DNA of 64,000 nucleotides from Candidatus Shapirobacteria bacterium (GTDB lineage Bacteria > Patescibacteriota > Microgenomatia > UBA12405). Positions 59,415 through 64,000 of this stretch are shown one piece after another (position 1 is the stretch's first letter; the number at the start of each line of letters is the position of its first letter). The DNA lies in the NCBI GenBank assembly GCA_041659325.1, contig JBAZYN010000001.1, positions 238,819 through 302,818 on the forward strand. Reading direction: 5' to 3'. The notes under the pieces are model-generated. The model was not told where the DNA came from. It worked only from the letters and a program-made list of their open reading frames with translations, and did no database searches. Made by a program: the position numbers and the translations under genes.

Positions 59415-60990
59415 AATAATTCTAAGCATAATCACTGTCATCGCCTTTGTTCTCCGTTTTTATCAAAGCGGCAACTACCCACCCCTACTTTGGGACGAAG
59501 CTGCCATTGGCTACAACGCCTATTCCCTTACCGAAACGGGAAAAGATGAATATGGAGTTACTCTACCACTCATCTTTAAATCTTTCGGAGATTTTAAACC
59601 GGGTTTATATATTTATTTAGCCGCCCCTTTCATCAAACTTTTTGGGTTAAACGAAATCGCGGTCAGACTACCATCAATAATCATCGGCTCATTGTTACCA
59701 CTTCTTCTTTTTTTTACCATTAAAACAATCTATCCGAAATCAAATAATCGTGCTTTAATTGCTACCACTATTCTTGCACTCAATCCGTTCAACATTCATT
59801 ATTCCCGTATGGCCTGGGAAACGAATGTCCTAACCTTTGAGCTTCTGCTTGCCGCTCTATTTTTCATAAAAAATCGACATCTTCTCTCTGCCTTCATTTT
59901 TGGGCTTACCCTCTACACCTACCAAGCCGGAAAAATGACGAGCATTTTAGTAATCATCGCCTTATTCTTTACTCATCTCAGTTTAATAAAACAGCAAATA
60001 AACAAATTGACACTAAAATTTATCCTGCCTCTGGGATTAATGGCCATTCCAATTTTATTTGGCCTAATATTTAACCAAAACAGTAACCGGTTGGAAGTAA
60101 TCAGCCTAACCTCGTACCCCAGATCAGATGAAGAAACGGCTCAAATTATCAACGAGTCCGGTTTAATCGATTACACAATTTTTCATAGCCAACCGTCTTT
60201 TTTTATCCGAAGTTTTTTGGGGCGTTACTTTAACCATTTTTCCCCCCGCTTTCTTTTGTTCGAAGGGGATTGGCAAAACCCCCGCCACTCAGCTCCCTAT
60301 GTCGGCGTAATTCTCTATCCCTCAATCATTTTCCTGCTAATCGGCCTGTTTTCAAAACCAAATAAATTCTTTCTCCTCTGGCTTCTTCTGGCCCCAATTC
60401 CTGCCGCCCTCACCAGAGACCAGCTTACTGCCACCCGATCCATGTCCATGTCAATTCCTTTGGTCTTCTTTGTCGCCAGCGGAATTATAATTACAGTTCA
60501 AAAATATAATTCCAAACTGATTAATCTCGCCATATTATCTGCTTATTTACTCTCCTTTATTTACTACTCTGATCTGTATTTAAACCACATGGTCAAAAAA
60601 TCACCCAATGATTTTCTCTACGGATACAAACAAGCCGCTCAATACATTTCGAAAAACCAATCAAAGTTCGACCAAATTTATTTTACAGACTTTTACGGTC
60701 AACCATATATCTACTATCTTTTTTACTCACATTATTCCCCAGTTTCATACCAATCAAAAGCAAACTTAACCCAAACCGGGCCTGATATCGGAAAAGTAGA
60801 AAAAATAGATAACATATTATTCAAAGGCCCCGACTACAACGGCGTTAAAAGCATTCCGCACACCCTCAGTATCTTCTCCCACGATGAAATTTTAAGGCAG
60901 GGGATAGATCTGAAACCCGACTTTAATAATTTTTTCAAACTTAGCCCTATCAATAATATTTCCACCTTTTATGCCTACGAAACACCATAA
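59398..60990 (+). CDS. GT-C glycosyltransferase (DE type)
   Basis: WDEAAIGYNAYSL.ETGKDEYG, SFGDFKPG, SR.AWE.N, GD..NPRH, QPYIY.LF. Confidence 0.87.
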   Translation: MNLKTKIILSIITVIAFVLRFYQSGNYPPLLWDEAAIGYNAYSLTETGKDEYGVTLPLIFKSFGDFKPGLYIYLAAPFIKLFGLNEIAVRLPSIIIGSLLPLLLFFTIKTIYPKSNNRALIATTILALNPFNIHYSRMAWETNVLTFELLLAALFFIKNRHLLSAFIFGLTLYTYQAGKMTSILVIIALFFTHLSLIKQQINKLTLKFILPLGLMAIPILFGLIFNQNSNRLEVISLTSYPRSDEETAQIINESGLIDYTIFHSQPSFFIRSFLGRYFNHFSPRFLLFEGDWQNPRHSAPYVGVILYPSIIFLLIGLFSKPNKFFLLWLLLAPIPAALTRDQLTATRSMSMSIPLVFFVASGIIITVQKYNSKLINLAILSAYLLSFIYYSDLYLNHMVKKSPNDFLYGYKQAAQYISKNQSKFDQIYFTDFYGQPYIYYLFYSHYSPVSYQSKANLTQTGPDIGKVEKIDNILFKGPDYNGVKSIPHTLSIFSHDEILRQGIDLKPDFNNFFKLSPINNISTFYAYETP

Positions 60991-62563
60991 TTATCTTCTA
61001 ATCACCATATTATTAATGGCCACTATTCTTCGTTTCTACAAAATTGGTTCCTACCCCAGCCTAAATCCGGACGAAGCCGCCCTGGGATACAACGCCTATT
61101 CACTGCTTGAAACCGGAAAAGACGAGCACGGTGCCTCCTGGCCTCTTCATTTCAAATCATTTGGTGACTACAAACCCGGCGGGTATGTTTATCTTGCCTT
61201 GCCTTTTATAAAAATACTCGGTCTCACCCCACTTGCAGTTCGATTACCAAACCTTATCCTTTCTATTCTCGCCATTTATTATTTATCCAAACTCGTTTTC
61301 CTTCTATTCGAGTCTAAAGGTCCGAGGTTGAATCGTTCAAAAGCTCAAAACCTATCGCTTTTGAGCTCTGCTGTTCTGGCTCTCTCCCCCTGGCATATTC
61401 ACTTTAGCAGGGGAGCCTGGGAGGCCTATAGTGCCCTAAGTCTGATCATTATCGGTATCTATTTTTTCTACTCACATCTTAAAAATCTCAAAAACTTCCA
61501 TCTCTATCTATCCGTTATCCTTATTTCTCTTTCGCTATATTTCTACCACTCGGCAAGAATTTTAGCTCCTCTAATCGGGCTGTCTCTGGTGACAATTAAC
61601 TTCAAAAGACTAACTCGATCAGGTATCAGAAAATTATTAATACCAATAATTATTACCATTTTATTGGCTCTACCGGTACTATTTTCCTTTGTCAGAAACG
61701 GCGGCGCCGCCCGATTTGGCGGTGTCGGACTAACCGCCGATCAGGGACCAATTTGGCGGTCAAACGAGCTACTGAATCAACACAACAATGTTAAGTTAAT
61801 TAATCGGGCCATGCACAATAAGCGGATTCTTTATTTCCTCTCCTGGGCACAAAAATATACTTCCCACTTCGATTTAAATTTCCTATTTTTAAATGGTGAT
61901 GAAGTTCCCCGATCAAAGGTACCGGAAATGGGCCAACTTTATCTTTTTGAATTACCCTTTTTAATTATTGGAATCTTTTTCTTCCTCAAATCCAGGGCAA
62001 TTAACAAAAAGACAAAAACCCTTATTCTCTCATTTTTACTTTTCGCTCCTCTGGCCTCATCTTTAACCTTTCAGGCTCCTTCCGCCCTCCGGTCTCTCCC
62101 GATGACTATTCCGTTATCAATCTTAATTGCCTACGGCCTTTATCATTTTTTTAAATGTCGTCCGCTTCTCATATTAATTGCTTTCTGCTCGCTACTTTCT
62201 ATCTTCTATTACCTCGATGCCTATTTTGTTCACTCACAAAAACGTTATCCATATGCCTGGAATCTCGGTTTTGACCAAATAGTCTCCCTGGTAGAGTCAC
62301 AAAAGAATAATTATCAAAACATATTTTTTACCTCTCGGTATGACCAACCGTATATTCTTTACTTATTTTTTTCCAAATACCCACCGCAAAAACTGCAATC
62401 TCAAATTAAATTAACCCCAAAAGACCAATACGGTTTTTCTACCGTCGATAGAATTGACAACATTACCTTTATAATTCCCACCGAAATTCCCTCCTCGTCT
62501 ATGGTCATCGAAGCTTCTGATTTCCAATTAACCGGCCAAAGCTTTAAAATATACACTAAATGA
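60971..62563 (+). CDS. GT-C glycosyltransferase (DE type)
   Basis: PDEAALGYNAYSLLETGKDEHG, SFGDYKPG, SPWHIHFSR.AWE, YHSAR, QPYI..LF. Confidence 0.87.
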   Translation: MPTKHHNYLLITILLMATILRFYKIGSYPSLNPDEAALGYNAYSLLETGKDEHGASWPLHFKSFGDYKPGGYVYLALPFIKILGLTPLAVRLPNLILSILAIYYLSKLVFLLFESKGPRLNRSKAQNLSLLSSAVLALSPWHIHFSRGAWEAYSALSLIIIGIYFFYSHLKNLKNFHLYLSVILISLSLYFYHSARILAPLIGLSLVTINFKRLTRSGIRKLLIPIIITILLALPVLFSFVRNGGAARFGGVGLTADQGPIWRSNELLNQHNNVKLINRAMHNKRILYFLSWAQKYTSHFDLNFLFLNGDEVPRSKVPEMGQLYLFELPFLIIGIFFFLKSRAINKKTKTLILSFLLFAPLASSLTFQAPSALRSLPMTIPLSILIAYGLYHFFKCRPLLILIAFCSLLSIFYYLDAYFVHSQKRYPYAWNLGFDQIVSLVESQKNNYQNIFFTSRYDQPYILYLFFSKYPPQKLQSQIKLTPKDQYGFSTVDRIDNITFIIPTEIPSSSMVIEASDFQLTGQSFKIYTK

Positions 62564-63384
62564 AAAGACAAGCTACCATATCCGTCACTCTGGCAACCTA
62601 TAACGAAGAAAAAAAAATTGGCAAGTTTCTCGACTCAGTTTTCAGCTGGGCCAACGAAATAATCCTAGTTGACGGCCACTCCCAGGACAAAACCCTCTCA
62701 ATCGCCAAAAAATATAAAAACATAAAGATTATCGAAACCGATAACAAGCCGATTTTTCATATCAACAAACAGCTCGGCATCGATGCTTGTAAAAGCGATT
62801 GGATACTTCAGCTGGATGCCGACGAAATTGTCACCCCGGCACTACTTCAGGAAATTAACCAACTGCTTTCAAAGAAACCAAGCGACATCAGCGAAAATGG
62901 ATTCTGGATTAACCGCTCAAATTACTTTCTTGGAACTTTTCTAAAAAAAGGCGGTCAATATCCGGACTCCACCCTCAGACTTTACAAAAAGGGCATGGGG
63001 CGCCTTCCCTGCAAAGATGTCCACGAGCAGGCCGAAGTAAAAAATCCCGTAGGCCATTTGACAAACGATCTGCAGCACTTTGCCGACATTTCATTTTCCC
63101 GATACCTTTTAAGAGCCAACCGTTACACTACACTTTTGGCACAGGAACTTTCTCAACAAAAATTAAACATTAATTTTGTTAATTTTTTGACTTACTATTT
63201 GATAAAACCGCTTTGGTGGTTTCTAATGGCTTTTTTTCGTCACCGCGGTTATGTTGACGGGTTTCCGGGATTCGTTTTTGCCTATTTTTCGGCTCTGCGT
63301 TTTCCTATTGCCTATACCAAATATTGGGAGCTCCAAAAAACCAACCGTTCTATAAACATGTCAGATGATTGGGACACAAAATGA
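62560..63384 (+). CDS. GT2 glycosyltransferase (WaaE/LgtF-like)
   Basis: TYNEE, VDG.S.D.T, LDADE, GG.YPD..LRL, VHE, GY.DG.PG. Confidence 0.9.
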   Translation: MKRQATISVTLATYNEEKKIGKFLDSVFSWANEIILVDGHSQDKTLSIAKKYKNIKIIETDNKPIFHINKQLGIDACKSDWILQLDADEIVTPALLQEINQLLSKKPSDISENGFWINRSNYFLGTFLKKGGQYPDSTLRLYKKGMGRLPCKDVHEQAEVKNPVGHLTNDLQHFADISFSRYLLRANRYTTLLAQELSQQKLNINFVNFLTYYLIKPLWWFLMAFFRHRGYVDGFPGFVFAYFSALRFPIAYTKYWELQKTNRSINMSDDWDTK

Positions 63385-64000
63385 AAAAAAATGTCAAAAT
63401 TGCCATCGATATCTCTCCTCTAAATGACGGAAACATTACCCGCGGCGTTGGCCACTACACTCAGCACTTAGTCTCGGCCATCCAAAAGGAAGTCAAAACA
63501 AATCCAAAATACGTCAATTATCAAATAGATCTCATTAAAAATTCAAAATTAGAAATTAAAAATTACGATCTAGTCCACTACCCCTATTTTGATCCTTTTT
63601 TTCTCACTCTACCCCCACAAAATAAAACTCCGTTTCTGGCTACAGTTCACGACTTGATACCACGTCAATTCAAAACCCACTTCCCGGTAGGCATAAAGGG
63701 AGAAATTAAGTGGTTGATTCAAAAACATCGCCTTCGCCAGGCAAAATATATAATTACCGTTTCCCATTTTTCCAAATATATAATCAATGATTTAATCGAA
63801 TATCCCAAAGACAAAATATTTGTCACTTATGAAGCGGCAGACGATAATTTTAAACCACGCACCGATAAAAATCTTTTGTCAGAGATTAAAGCAAAATACA
63901 ATTTACCCGATGAATTTGTGCTTTATGTCGGCGACCTCAATTGGAGCAAAAATATACCCAAACTAATCGATGTCTGTCTAAACCTAAAAATCCCTCTCGT
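63381..64000 (+). CDS. GT4 glycosyltransferase, 3'-truncated by the window edge
   Basis: Translated by hand: MKKNVKIAIDISPL...RGVGHY, HYPYF, TVHDLIP..F, ITVS, LYVGD.NWSKN. Not in the ORF track. Confidence 0.85.
   Translation, partial: MKKNVKIAIDISPLNDGNITRGVGHYTQHLVSAIQKEVKTNPKYVNYQIDLIKNSKLEIKNYDLVHYPYFDPFFLTLPPQNKTPFLATVHDLIPRQFKTHFPVGIKGEIKWLIQKHRLRQAKYIITVSHFSKYIINDLIEYPKDKIFVTYEAADDNFKPRTDKNLLSEIKAKYNLPDEFVLYVGDLNWSKNIPKLIDVCLNLKIPL
63538..63565 (+). repeat. Four degenerate 7-mer tandem units inside the GT4 gene
   Basis: AAAATTC AAAATTA GAAATTA AAAATTA, encoding about KNSKLEIKNY. Confidence 0.5.

Noticed and set aside
1-64000. Alternative genetic code (UGA=Gly), tRNA/rRNA genes, CRISPR arrays, IS elements, prophage
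   Set aside because: Genes end cleanly at TGA with ATGA overlaps; intergenic gaps are too short and show no cloverleaf, repeat-spacer pattern, transposase or integrase.

Overview
AT-rich, very gene-dense bacterial window using the standard code (TGA is used as a stop). Gene content (archaeal-type TyrRS, DUF5674-like protein, HhH-less UvrC, sortase, huge GT-C expansion) suggests a Patescibacteria/CPR genome, probably Microgenomates; this assignment is inferred, not proven. Positions 1-25 kb hold housekeeping and envelope genes: uvrC, tyrS, sortase, an atypical Gre factor, lysS fused to a B3/B4 domain, an HD protein, serS, secA, nrnA, typA, a C39 peptidase/PPIase/thioredoxin block, prfB, LCP, ftsEX with a circularly permuted M23 peptidase, and a VPTTG sortase substrate. 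Positions 25.2-64 kb form an uninterrupted glycosylation island of 30 genes that runs off the window end: 19 multi-pass GT-C-like proteins in at least five subfamilies, 8 GT2, 2 GT4 and one Wzx flippase, with no sugar-nucleotide synthesis genes. Main unexplained signals are the GT-C array with apparent pseudo-enzyme paralogs, an unannotated 32-aa leader peptide plus terminator in front of a Gfh1-like Gre factor, the LysRS-B3/B4 fusion, the permuted M23 domain, and a -10 box 5-8 nt before many start codons (leaderless mRNAs). No tRNA, rRNA, CRISPR array or transposase was seen.
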